Below, piece after piece: positions 9,549 to 18,663 of a DNA stretch of 62,045 nucleotides. The position numbers and the translations under genes are program-made. The notes beneath the pieces are model-generated. The model had not been told where the DNA came from. It ran no database searches and saw nothing but the letters and a program-made list of their open reading frames with translations. The stretch lies in contig JAAZBN010000115.1 in assembly GCA_012513795.1 (NCBI GenBank), positions 1 through 62,045 of the forward strand. The letters run 5' to 3'. This stretch comes from Bacteroidales bacterium (GTDB lineage Bacteria > Bacteroidota > Bacteroidia > Bacteroidales > VadinHA17). Position 1 is the first letter of the stretch. Every line of letters begins with the position of its first letter.

Positions 9549-11402
9549 TCAGAACCTGGGCAGGTGGCTGAGGATGCCGTTGACGCTGCTGCGAATCACA
9601 CCCACTACCTTTTCCACTACGTTCCCTTTCTCCCTGACAGAGTAGATCTCATTGATAGTGTTGTGATACCTCTCCGTGAGCACATTTCTTTTAAGCTTAA
9701 GGGTAGGGGAGAGCTCGCCGGTCTGGGGTGTCCACTCTTCGGTGACCAGCCTGAACCTCTTTATTTGCTCAAATTCACCAAGACTTTTATTCACTTCACG
9801 CACTTCGCGTGCGAAGCGTTCAATTACCTCGGGGATCTCTATCAGGTCGGAATTATCACGATACTGTATGCGGTGTATCGAACACCAGTCGTGCAGGAAG
9901 GTAAAGTTCGGAGAAACAAGTGCACTGGCGAATTTTTCATTCTCTCCGATAACCATTGTCTGTTCAATGAAGATTGACTCCTTTAGTTTGTTCTCAATTA
10001 CCTGCGGGGAAATATACTTGCCTGCCGAGAGCTTGAACATCTCCTTCTTGCGGTCAGTGATCTTCAGGAACCTTCCCTGCTCAATCCTGCCGATATCTCC
10101 CGTATGGAACCACCCTTCAGCATCTATCACCTGTGCTGTCAGTTCGGGTTCCCTGTAGTACCCCATCATGACATTGGGACCCTTGCAGAGTATTTCGCCG
10201 TCCTCGTCAATCTTTACCTCAACGTCTTCCAGAACAGGGCCTACCGTTTCAAACATGATATCCGGAATACGGAAGGGGTTCACTGCTATCACCGGAGATG
10301 TTTCAGTAAGACCGTATCCCTGCAGTACGGGTATACCTGCAGCCCAGAATATACGTTCAAGACGCGACTGCAGGGCGGCGCCCCCGGAGACCAGCACACG
10401 CAGTTCACCGCCCAGCGCCTCCTTCCATTTGTTGAAGACAAGCTTGCGTGCTATTCCCAGCCTGAACCTGTAGAACCTGCTGTTGCCGGTAATGCGGTAC
10501 TTAAGGCCAAGGATGACTGCCCAGAAGAATATCTGCTTCTTCATCCATGGCAGGTTCTTGCCCTTGTTTATGATGTTGTCATATATTTTTTCAAGGAGCC
10601 GCGGAACAGTGTTGGCTATGTGAGGCTTGATCTCCCGCATGGTGTCGGCAATGATGCCCATGTTCTCCAGGTAATAGATACTTGTCCCCTTGTACTGGAA
10701 ATGGTAATTCATCATGCGTTCATAGACATGGCAGAGGGGAAGGAAGCTCAGCGCCCTGTAGCCGAGCCCGAATTCATGAGCCGTACTGGTAGCTATGGCA
10801 TTGCTGACCAGGTTATTGTGTGAGAGCATTACTCCCTTCGGATTGCCTGTCGTCCCGGAGGTGTAGATGATAGTCACCAGGTCAGACGGTTTGATGGAAT
10901 CCCTGACAGCTGTCAGCTCAGGCAAAAACCTTTCTCTCTGCTTTCTCCCTTCTTCTATTATTTCGTCAAGAGTCATCAGGTCATTTACCTGGTCAAATGC
11001 AAAGAGGGACCTGATGGCCGGAATGCCTGCTGAAACAGAAGATATCTTATTGTATATCTGTTTATTGCCGACAAATACGGCTTTAACCCCGGAGTGGTTC
11101 AGGATATATTCGTACTCTTCATGGCCTATGGTGGGGTAAACCGGCACGTGGATCATTCCCGCCTGTGCCAGGCCATGGTCAACAATGTTCCATTCAGCCT
11201 TGTTCGGGGTAATGGTTGCAATGTGATCACCCCTTCCGTAACCAAGAGACATCATCCCGCAGGAAAAGAGATCGGTCAGTTCCCTGACAGCCTCGGTGGA
11301 GTATGTCACCCATTCGTTGCCATGTTTGCCCCCAAACATAACTTCACGTGGTGAGACCTTACACCCAAGGTCAACCAGGTCAAAGGTTCTGGTAACTTTC
11401 AT
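9549..11402 (-). CDS. Long-chain fatty acid-CoA ligase (AMP-dependent synthetase)
   Basis: AMP-binding signature IIYTSGTTGNPKGVMLSH, plus GYGLTETSP, HTGDIG and KLSAGKYISP. 617 aa. Confidence 0.85.
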   Translation of the reverse strand: MKVTRTFDLVDLGCKVSPREVMFGGKHGNEWVTYSTEAVRELTDLFSCGMMSLGYGRGDHIATITPNKAEWNIVDHGLAQAGMIHVPVYPTIGHEEYEYILNHSGVKAVFVGNKQIYNKISSVSAGIPAIRSLFAFDQVNDLMTLDEIIEEGRKQRERFLPELTAVRDSIKPSDLVTIIYTSGTTGNPKGVMLSHNNLVSNAIATSTAHEFGLGYRALSFLPLCHVYERMMNYHFQYKGTSIYYLENMGIIADTMREIKPHIANTVPRLLEKIYDNIINKGKNLPWMKKQIFFWAVILGLKYRITGNSRFYRFRLGIARKLVFNKWKEALGGELRVLVSGGAALQSRLERIFWAAGIPVLQGYGLTETSPVIAVNPFRIPDIMFETVGPVLEDVEVKIDEDGEILCKGPNVMMGYYREPELTAQVIDAEGWFHTGDIGRIEQGRFLKITDRKKEMFKLSAGKYISPQVIENKLKESIFIEQTMVIGENEKFASALVSPNFTFLHDWCSIHRIQYRDNSDLIEIPEVIERFAREVREVNKSLGEFEQIKRFRLVTEEWTPQTGELSPTLKLKRNVLTERYHNTINEIYSVREKGNVVEKVVGVIRSSVNGILSHLPRF

Positions 11403-11560
11403 CAGATTGGTAGTTGGATTAGCGATACAAGATTATGAATTTCGAACAAAAAAAGCAAGAATGAAGCCAGTCAATTTGTTGGCTACCTAATGGATTGATC
11501 TGTAGCGCAGTAAAAATAAGTCAGTTCCGTATTTCTTTCGAACGGTTTCAGACAAGTTAC

Positions 11561-14197
11561 CTATGACCTCTTTTTGGCCATTTCAACAGCTTTGGCGACA
11601 GCATCGGGGAGGCCTTCGGGTTTTCTTCCTCCGGCGGTTGCCAGTGATGGCTGTCCGCCGCCGCCCCCGCTTATTTCAGCAGCCACGGCACGGATCATCT
11701 CAACGGCATTCAGTCCTGTATTTTTAGCAGCATCTTCTCCCATGCCGATCACCAGAGAGGCCTTACCTTCATATTCCGAACCTATTATTATAATACCTGA
11801 GTCATCCGACTGTCTGATCTGATGCGCTATGGTCTTGAGGATGTCAGGCTGCGTCTTTTCAATCAGCCCTGAATAGATCCGGCAGTTTCCTGCCGTCATG
11901 GCATTGGCGGTCAGCTCGTTACGGGCTGCGGTTGCGGCTGTCAACTGCATTTGTTCTATGGTATTCCTCAGAGAGGCATTCTCGGTCATCAGCTTTGTGA
12001 TGTTTACAGCAGGATTACCGGTACTTTTCAGCATGGCTGAGATTTCATCGAGTGTCTTCAGTTTTTCATTTATATAGCTGATTGCGTGTCTGCCGGTCAC
12101 TGCCTCAATCCTTCTGACGCCTGCAGCCACGGCTCCCTCGGATATGATCTTGAAGAGTCCTATCCTTGAGGTCTGGTCTACATGTGTTCCACCGCACAGT
12201 TCAACAGAGTCACCGAAGGCAACCACTCTCACCCTGTCACCGTATTTTTCTCCGAAGAGAGCGATAGCTCCCATGGCCATAGCCTCATCCACAGGTGTAT
12301 CATCATGCACCTCGGAAGCTATATTTCTCATTATCATATCATTGACCTGTTGTTCTACAGCAGCAAGTTCTTCAGGAGTCACCTGGCGAAAATGGCTGAA
12401 ATCAAATCTAAGCCGTTCGGGTGTGACCAGTGATCCCTTCTGTTCAACATGTTTGCCCAGTACATTGCGCAGGGCGTGGTGCATCAGGTGTGTTGCCGTG
12501 TGGTTATTGGCGGTATCCTGCCTGGCTGCGGCATCGACCACTGCCCTGCAGGGGAGGGAAGGATCAGCCGGCACCTCGCTGGCAATATGTATTGTCAGGT
12601 TGTTCTCTTTAACAGTATCGGTGATGCTGATTTTCCTGCCGCCGCTCTCAATGAACCCCCTGTCGCCTGCCTGGCCTCCGGACTCTGCATAGAAAGGTGT
12701 TCTGTCAAACACAAGGTGGACAATCTCGCTTCCTCTTGCAACAACTTTCCTGTAACGGGCAATGCGTACCGTATCTTCGGTGCGGTCATAGCCGGTGAAT
12801 ATGGTACCGCCGTTATCGTGAATCACCACCCAGTCACCTGCGGTCACTGCCGCATCATCTCTTGATCTCTCCTTCTGTGCATTGAGTTCCCTGGCAAATG
12901 CCTCCTCGTTGAGGGTCATGTTGTTTTCCCTCAGGATGAGCTGTGTCAGGTCAACCGGGAATCCGTAGGTGTCAAACAGTTCAAAGGCATCGCCTCCCGG
13001 AAAGATGTTCTCTCCTTTTTCTTTAAGCGATTCCATCCTGCGTTCAATCATACGCAGTCCTTTGCCCAGTGTTTTGAGGAATGCCAGTTCTTCTTCCTGA
13101 ATCACCCTGCTGATCAGTTCCTGCTGGGTTTTGAGTTCGGGATAATGGTCTCCCATTGACTCCACCAGAGAAGGAAGAAGTTTATGGATGAATGGTTCGT
13201 TGATGCCAAGTGATGTATAGCCGTATCGCACAGCCCGCCGGAGGATGCGCCTGATAACATATCCCGCCCGGTTGTTTGACGGAAGTTGACCATCGGCTAC
13301 CGAAAATGAGACAGTGCGCAGGTGGTCAGCGATGACCCTGTGGGCTATATCCCATTCTTTCTTTGCCCCGTAAGGTTTACCCGTAAGGGCAGCCGAGGCA
13401 GCAATGAGCGGCTGGAAGATGTCGGTGTCATAGTTCGACTGCTTGTTTTGTATAACCATGCAGAGGCGCTCAAAGCCCATGCCGGTGTCAACATGCTTGT
13501 CAGGCAGCAGTTCGAGCTCCCCGCCGGCACGGCGGTTGTACTGTATGAACACCAGGTTCCAGATCTCTATCACCTGGGGGTGGCCTTTATTTACCATCAG
13601 ATGGCCGGGTGTGGATGCCCTCTCGCTCTCTGAGCGAATGTCAACGTGAATCTCGGAACAGGGTCCGCAGGGGCCCGTCTCTCCCATCTCCCAGAAATTA
13701 TCCTTCTTTGATCCGTTAAGGATATGGTTCGGGTTTTCGGGGAAACACTCTGCCCAGTAGGATGCAGCCTCATCATCGCGCGGCATATCCTCTTCAGGGT
13801 CACCCTCAAAGACAGTGGCGTAGATTCGCTCTGCGGGAATGCCGAGACGGCCGGTAAGGAATTCCCATGCCCACTCTATGGCCTCTTTCTTGAAATAGTC
13901 GCCGAATGACCAGTTACCCAGCATCTCGAACATGGTATGATGATAGGTGTCAAGGCCAACCTCCTCAAGGTCATTGTGCTTTCCCGAGACACGCAGGCAC
14001 TTCTGTGAGTTGGCTATCCTTTTATATTTTGCCGGCTGATTGCCAAGAAAAATATCCTTGAACTGGTTCATTCCCGCATTGGTGAACATCAGCGTGGGAT
14101 CATTTTTAATCACCATCGGGGCTGATGGCATAATCTTGTGTTCCTTTGACCTGAAAAAACTGAGGAATTCCTCCCTGATATCATTTGCCTTCATCAT
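11561..14197 (-). CDS. alaS: Alanine-tRNA ligase
   Basis: 878 aa. N-terminal IREEFLSFFRSKEHKIMPSAP..FTNAGMNQFK, editing-domain HxxxH (TATHLMHHALR) and CGGTHV, and a C-terminal DHHA1-like GGGGGQPSLATAGG. Confidence 0.97.
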   Translation of the reverse strand: MMKANDIREEFLSFFRSKEHKIMPSAPMVIKNDPTLMFTNAGMNQFKDIFLGNQPAKYKRIANSQKCLRVSGKHNDLEEVGLDTYHHTMFEMLGNWSFGDYFKKEAIEWAWEFLTGRLGIPAERIYATVFEGDPEEDMPRDDEAASYWAECFPENPNHILNGSKKDNFWEMGETGPCGPCSEIHVDIRSESERASTPGHLMVNKGHPQVIEIWNLVFIQYNRRAGGELELLPDKHVDTGMGFERLCMVIQNKQSNYDTDIFQPLIAASAALTGKPYGAKKEWDIAHRVIADHLRTVSFSVADGQLPSNNRAGYVIRRILRRAVRYGYTSLGINEPFIHKLLPSLVESMGDHYPELKTQQELISRVIQEEELAFLKTLGKGLRMIERRMESLKEKGENIFPGGDAFELFDTYGFPVDLTQLILRENNMTLNEEAFARELNAQKERSRDDAAVTAGDWVVIHDNGGTIFTGYDRTEDTVRIARYRKVVARGSEIVHLVFDRTPFYAESGGQAGDRGFIESGGRKISITDTVKENNLTIHIASEVPADPSLPCRAVVDAAARQDTANNHTATHLMHHALRNVLGKHVEQKGSLVTPERLRFDFSHFRQVTPEELAAVEQQVNDMIMRNIASEVHDDTPVDEAMAMGAIALFGEKYGDRVRVVAFGDSVELCGGTHVDQTSRIGLFKIISEGAVAAGVRRIEAVTGRHAISYINEKLKTLDEISAMLKSTGNPAVNITKLMTENASLRNTIEQMQLTAATAARNELTANAMTAGNCRIYSGLIEKTQPDILKTIAHQIRQSDDSGIIIIGSEYEGKASLVIGMGEDAAKNTGLNAVEMIRAVAAEISGGGGGQPSLATAGGRKPEGLPDAVAKAVEMAKKRS

Positions 14198-14309
14198 ATG
14201 CTCTCCTCCCGTTTTGAAACTATTTCCGCCGGGGTGCGTAAAATTAAATCAAATATTTCACGTTTGAAGAATTGTCACGTTAAAATGGGGTGGATCCTCC
14301 TTTCTGCTG

Positions 14310-15266
14310 ATGTTTAAAAGGAAAAAGTACGTATTTGATGCTGCCAGCCTTCAGTTTACGCAGCACCGTAGAAACAGGCACGAGAAGCTTGTCAGGTTCT
14401 CGCTGTGGCTGGTACTGTCAATAGCTGCCACCCTCTTTTACAGTGTTATTTTTCACCGTCTCTTCGGATCTCCCAAGGAGGAGTTGCTGCAGCAGCGGAT
14501 GGCTGAGCTGCAGCTCAGTTACTCAATGCTTGAGCGGCAGATAGATAATTCTTCAACAGTAATTGCTGATCTCCGTTCCACTGATAACACCTCTTACCGG
14601 CCTATCCTGGATCTTCCCCAGATACCGTCTGACATTACAGAGGGGGGCTCGGGAGGTACCAACAGGATGGCAGACCTGACCGGCTATATGAATTCAGATC
14701 TGATGATGAACGTCAGGTCGAAGTTTGACAATCTCAGGACCCAGACCAATATACAGTACAACTCGCTCACCGAGTTGTCTGACAGGGCGGCGGAGTGGAA
14801 GGAGATGTGGGCGCACCTTCCCTATATCAGGCCGGTCAATGTGACGATGCGTCTTGGTGACGGACTGAAGTTCCGGGAGAAGCATCCTGTTCTTGGTTCG
14901 CCTCGCTGGCATTTCGGACAGGATTTCTGCTGTCCCGAAGGAACGGAGGTGCATGCCACAGGTGGCGGTGTGGTTGCCTATGCCGGTAACCAGAAAGACG
15001 GGTTCGGAGTGAAGGTGGTCATTGATCATGGATACGGATACAGAACAATTTATGGTCATCTGAGCGAAGTTAATGTCCGCAGGGGGCAAAAGGTAACACG
15101 TGGTGATTTTATTGGACTGTCTGGAAATACGGGCCTGTCATCCGGACCGCACCTGCATTACCAGATTGACCTTTTTGGAGAACATGTGAATCCTCTCTGG
15201 TATTTTGAGGACAGCCTGACAGAAGAGGAATATTTCCGGATGCTGGACTACCTGACAAAGCCCTGA
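14310..15266 (+). CDS. M23 family metallopeptidase with N-terminal TM helix and coiled coil
   Basis: TM segment LVRFSLWLVLSIAATLFYSVIF, coiled-coil region, and M23 zinc motifs HFGQDF and GPHLHYQID. Confidence 0.85.
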   Translation: MFKRKKYVFDAASLQFTQHRRNRHEKLVRFSLWLVLSIAATLFYSVIFHRLFGSPKEELLQQRMAELQLSYSMLERQIDNSSTVIADLRSTDNTSYRPILDLPQIPSDITEGGSGGTNRMADLTGYMNSDLMMNVRSKFDNLRTQTNIQYNSLTELSDRAAEWKEMWAHLPYIRPVNVTMRLGDGLKFREKHPVLGSPRWHFGQDFCCPEGTEVHATGGGVVAYAGNQKDGFGVKVVIDHGYGYRTIYGHLSEVNVRRGQKVTRGDFIGLSGNTGLSSGPHLHYQIDLFGEHVNPLWYFEDSLTEEEYFRMLDYLTKP

Positions 15267-15313
15267 TTTTATTTTTTTAAGGATATTTAATAATTTCCGG
15301 CGACATGAGAATT

Positions 15314-15344
15314 TTTGTATTTTATATATAATTTCTTATGTTTG
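15314..15344 (+). promoter_or_regulatory. Bacteroidota sigma-A type promoter for the second M23 gene
   Basis: TTTG (15314-15317), a 19-nt spacer, then TATGTTTG (15337-15344). This matches the -33 TTTG / -7 TAnnTTTG consensus. The ATG lies 13 nt downstream. Confidence 0.55.
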
Positions 15345-15357
15345 CAGGGCATACAGC

Positions 15358-16344
15358 ATGCCATCACAGAAGATGCCAAAGACCAAGTACAAGTTCAATC
15401 ACGAGACCCTGAGATTTGATGAGGTTAAGACAGGTCTCAAGCAAACATTCCTCAGACTCTTCGGGTATTTCGTTGCATCTCTCTTTCTTGCAGGCATTTA
15501 TGGTTTTATCTTTATGTTCATCTTTGACTCCCCCCAGGAGAAGGCTCTCAAACGGGAGATAGCACAGCTCACGTTGCAGTATGAGCTGATGAACAGGGAG
15601 ATGGAGAATGTGGAGAAGGTGCTGGTTCACCTTCAGGAGACCGATGACAATCTTTACAGGACTATTTTTGAGTCTGAGCCGGTGCCGTCGTCATATCGTG
15701 AAGGAGGAATAGGAGGGGTCAACAGGTACAAGGAGATGGAAGGGTTCTCCAACTCGGAGCTGGTTATTGAGACTGCAATCAAGCTTGACCGGATCAGGAA
15801 AAAGATCTATGTGCAGTCGGAATCTTTTGACGAGCTGATAGCCTATGCCAGGGAAAAGGAGGAGATGTTGAGCAGCATACCTGCAATTCAGCCTATCTCC
15901 AACAAGGATCTGAAGAGGACTGCCTCAGGATTCGGGTACAGGATACATCCCATTTACAAGATATCAAAGTTCCATTCCGGAATGGATTTTACTGCACCTA
16001 CGGGAACAGAGATTTATTCAACCGGCAACGGCGTCATCAAAGAGGTCAGATCGGCCCGCAGGGAGTACGGGAATCATATCATAGTTGATCACGGATTTGG
16101 TTATGAGACTCTCTATGCTCATCTTGACGGATTCAATGTCAGGGCAGGGCAGAAGGTGAAAAGGGGTGATGTTATCGGGTTTGTGGGAAGCACGGGTCTG
16201 AGTACGGCCCCGCATCTGCATTATGAGGTTCATGTGAACGGCAAGGCGGTTGATCCTGCCCTCTATTATTTCAATGACCTGACACCCGACGAGTACGAGA
16301 GGATGCTGGAGATATCCAGCAAGAGCGGGCAGACCTTCGACTGA
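15358..16344 (+). CDS. M23 family metallopeptidase (paralogue of 14310..15266)
   Basis: Same architecture as its neighbour: TM helix FLRLFGYFVASLFLAGIYGFIFMFIF, coiled coil, HSGMDF and APHLHYEVH. Confidence 0.85.
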   Translation: MPSQKMPKTKYKFNHETLRFDEVKTGLKQTFLRLFGYFVASLFLAGIYGFIFMFIFDSPQEKALKREIAQLTLQYELMNREMENVEKVLVHLQETDDNLYRTIFESEPVPSSYREGGIGGVNRYKEMEGFSNSELVIETAIKLDRIRKKIYVQSESFDELIAYAREKEEMLSSIPAIQPISNKDLKRTASGFGYRIHPIYKISKFHSGMDFTAPTGTEIYSTGNGVIKEVRSARREYGNHIIVDHGFGYETLYAHLDGFNVRAGQKVKRGDVIGFVGSTGLSTAPHLHYEVHVNGKAVDPALYYFNDLTPDEYERMLEISSKSGQTFD

Positions 16345-16359
16345 TTCATCAGCTATATC

Positions 16360-16698
16360 ATGCCTTACAGGGAAAAGAAAGTGGAAAAGCTCTACTACCA
16401 GATCGGCGAGGTCGCTGATATGTTTTCTGAGCCTGTCTCCACCGTACGCTTCTGGGAGAAGGAGTTTGACATACTCCGGCCCAAGAAGAACAATAAGGGT
16501 AACAGGCTTTTCATGCAGGAAGATATCAGGAACCTCAAACTGATACATCATTTACTGAGGGAGCGGGGTATGACACTCGAGGGGGCGAAGAAGTATCTCA
16601 GGAGTAATCGTGATGAGGCTGACTACCGTCTTGAGATAGCTGACACCCTGCGTAACATCAGGGCTATGCTTATGGATATCAGGGACGAAATCAAGTGA
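16360..16698 (+). CDS. MerR family transcriptional regulator
   Basis: N-terminal MerR helix-turn-helix YYQIGEVADMFSEPVSTVRFWEKEF, 112 aa, 15 nt after the M23 gene. Confidence 0.75.
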   Translation: MPYREKKVEKLYYQIGEVADMFSEPVSTVRFWEKEFDILRPKKNNKGNRLFMQEDIRNLKLIHHLLRERGMTLEGAKKYLRSNRDEADYRLEIADTLRNIRAMLMDIRDEIK

Positions 16699-16702
16699 TC
16701 AT

Positions 16703-17812
16703 ATGAAGGTCACACTTTCGGAATTTGTCAGTTGGCTTGAGGAGCTGATCCCATTATCATTTCAGGAAGATTATGACAACAGCGGCCTGCAGGTCGGCGA
16801 TCCGGGGGCTATGATCAGCTCGGTGCTGCTTGCCGTGGATGTTACCCCCGAAGTGCTTGCCGAGGCGGTAAGCCATGGATGTGATCTTGTGCTGTCTCAT
16901 CATCCCCTGATCTTCCGTCCGCTCAGGCATATTACCGGCGGCAATAACAGTGAGGTGTGCGTTGCCAGGGCTCTAAGGCACGGGATAGCAGTCTATTCAA
17001 CGCATACCAGCTTTGACAATACTGCCAATGGGGTGAGCCGCATACTGGCTGAGAAGATCGGACTGCAGCGAATAAATGTTTTGTCGCCCCTGAAAGGGAG
17101 GCTCTTCAGGCTGGTGACCTTTGTTCCGGATTCGCATGCCTCAGCAGTGAGGGATGCTCTTTTTGCTGCCGGGGCCGGCAATATCGGCAATTATGACCGT
17201 TGCAGCTTTAATGTCACTGGTGAGGGCACCTACCGTGCCGGTGAAGGTGCCGATCCGTTCGCGGGGAGCATAGGAGAATACCATGCTGAGCCTGAGGTGC
17301 GCATTGAGGTGGTTGTCCCCGCCCATGTTAAAGGTGCCTGTGTCAGGGCACTGCTTGCCGCTCATCCATATGAGGAGGTTGCATGGGATCTTATAGCGCT
17401 GGATAATGAGTATCGCGGCGCCGGCGCAGGCGCCATAGGCGCCCTGCCGGAGCCCCTGGCAGGCGCGGCGTTGCTGCAGGCGCTGCAGGGGCTCACCGGC
17501 CTCCCCGTCATCCGCTACAGCGGTGACCCCGCCCGCACTGTGCGAAGGGTGGCAGTGTGCGGAGGTGCAGGCTCCGCCCTCATCAATGACGCCGCGCGCG
17601 CCGGCGCCGACGCATTCATCACCGGAGATATAAAATATCACTCCTTCATGGAAGCACCACCAGACATGCTGGTGGCTGACATCGGACACTACGAAAGCGA
17701 AAAATATTCACTTGAGATACTCTTCAACCTGATTCAGAAAAAATTTCCTAACTTTGCACTCCGGTTTTCCGGGATAACAACCAATCCCATTAATTATTAC
17801 AGGCATGACTAA
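16703..17812 (+). CDS. Nif3-like dinuclear metal centre protein
   Basis: NIF3/DUF34 features: DNSGLQVGD, LSHHPLIFRP, inserted PII-like domain, C-terminal GDIKYH..GHYESE. Confidence 0.85.
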   Translation: MKVTLSEFVSWLEELIPLSFQEDYDNSGLQVGDPGAMISSVLLAVDVTPEVLAEAVSHGCDLVLSHHPLIFRPLRHITGGNNSEVCVARALRHGIAVYSTHTSFDNTANGVSRILAEKIGLQRINVLSPLKGRLFRLVTFVPDSHASAVRDALFAAGAGNIGNYDRCSFNVTGEGTYRAGEGADPFAGSIGEYHAEPEVRIEVVVPAHVKGACVRALLAAHPYEEVAWDLIALDNEYRGAGAGAIGALPEPLAGAALLQALQGLTGLPVIRYSGDPARTVRRVAVCGGAGSALINDAARAGADAFITGDIKYHSFMEAPPDMLVADIGHYESEKYSLEILFNLIQKKFPNFALRFSGITTNPINYYRHD

Positions 17813-18569
17813 ACAGACCAAAACAGCTGAGACTGAACTTACCATAGAAGAAAAACTGAGAGCACTCTACTCCCTTCAGCTTGTTGATTCAGAAATAGAT
17901 AAGATACGCACTCTGAGAGGCGAACTGCCGCTTGAGGTACAGGACCTTGAGGATGAGGTAGAAGGCCTGGAGACAAGGATAGGCAATCTCAGGAATGAGC
18001 TGAGCGAGCTTGAAAAATCAATTGTCGGCAAGAATAATGAGATCACAGCCTCGCAGGCCCTGATAAAGAAATATGAGGAGCAGCAGAACAATGTTCGCAA
18101 CAACCGTGAATATGATTCACTCTCGAAAGAGATAGAGTTCCAGACGCTGGAGATAGAGCTCTGCAACAAGAAGATCAGGGAGTTCACAGCCCAGGTGGAA
18201 GAGAAGAAGGAGGTGATGGCTGAGGCTCAGACATCTCTTGATGAGAGAAAGCGAGATTTGGAGGGCAAGAAGGCAGAGCTGGAGGATATCACACGTGATA
18301 CCCAGAAGGAAGAAGAGACTCTGACAGAAAAGTCCGAAGAGCTGCAGACAAGGATAGAAGAGAGATTACTGACGGCATACAAGCGTATCCGGATAAATGC
18401 CCGTAATGGTCTCGCCGTTGTATCCGTCCAGAGGGATGCCTGTGGTGGATGCTTCAACCAGATACCGCCGCAGAGGCAGCTGGATATCCGTTCAAGGAAG
18501 AAGATCATTGTGTGTGAGTACTGCGGGCGCATACTGGTAGACGACGATATCGTCCAGGAAAATAAGTAA
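17805..18569 (+). CDS. Coiled-coil / C4 zinc-ribbon protein (COG1579-type, the usual Nif3 neighbour)
   Basis: Long coiled coil followed by CGGC..(20 aa)..CEYCGRIL. Overlaps the Nif3 gene by 8 nt. Confidence 0.75.
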   Translation: MTKQTKTAETELTIEEKLRALYSLQLVDSEIDKIRTLRGELPLEVQDLEDEVEGLETRIGNLRNELSELEKSIVGKNNEITASQALIKKYEEQQNNVRNNREYDSLSKEIEFQTLEIELCNKKIREFTAQVEEKKEVMAEAQTSLDERKRDLEGKKAELEDITRDTQKEEETLTEKSEELQTRIEERLLTAYKRIRINARNGLAVVSVQRDACGGCFNQIPPQRQLDIRSRKKIIVCEYCGRILVDDDIVQENK

Positions 18570-18593
18570 CAGACAGACAGTAATTTATGATAA

Positions 18594-18623
18594 GTGAGAG
18601 ACGTTGTTGCAAGCGTCTCTCGC
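18594..18623 (+). terminator. Hairpin terminator candidate after the Nif3 / zinc-ribbon operon
   Basis: GTGAGAGACG - ttgttgcaag - CGTCTCTCGC forms a 10-bp stem with one G-U pair, followed by the T-rich tGTTTTATT. Confidence 0.5.
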
Positions 18624-18631
18624 TGTTTTAT

Positions 18632-18639
18632 TATATTTG
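18632..18639 (+). promoter_or_regulatory. -7 promoter box for hutU
   Basis: TATATTTG matches TAnnTTTG and lies 24 nt upstream of the ATG at 18664. This supports the shortened hutU start. Confidence 0.45.
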
Positions 18640-18663
18640 CCTTACCAAAAAAAGGCCAGCATC

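Noticed and set aside
10104-10823. Long ORFs antisense to confidently assigned genes: 9676..10158, 10104..10823, 12144..12692, 17141..17689, 34972..35643, 36000..36611, 37432..38049, 43050..43640, 49025..49573 and 55467..55910.
   Set aside because: All lie fully inside well-supported genes on the other strand. They have Ser/Arg/Ala/Leu/Cys-rich shadow-ORF composition with no recognisable motifs, signal peptides or promoter boxes. Such ORFs are typical of moderate-GC genomes.
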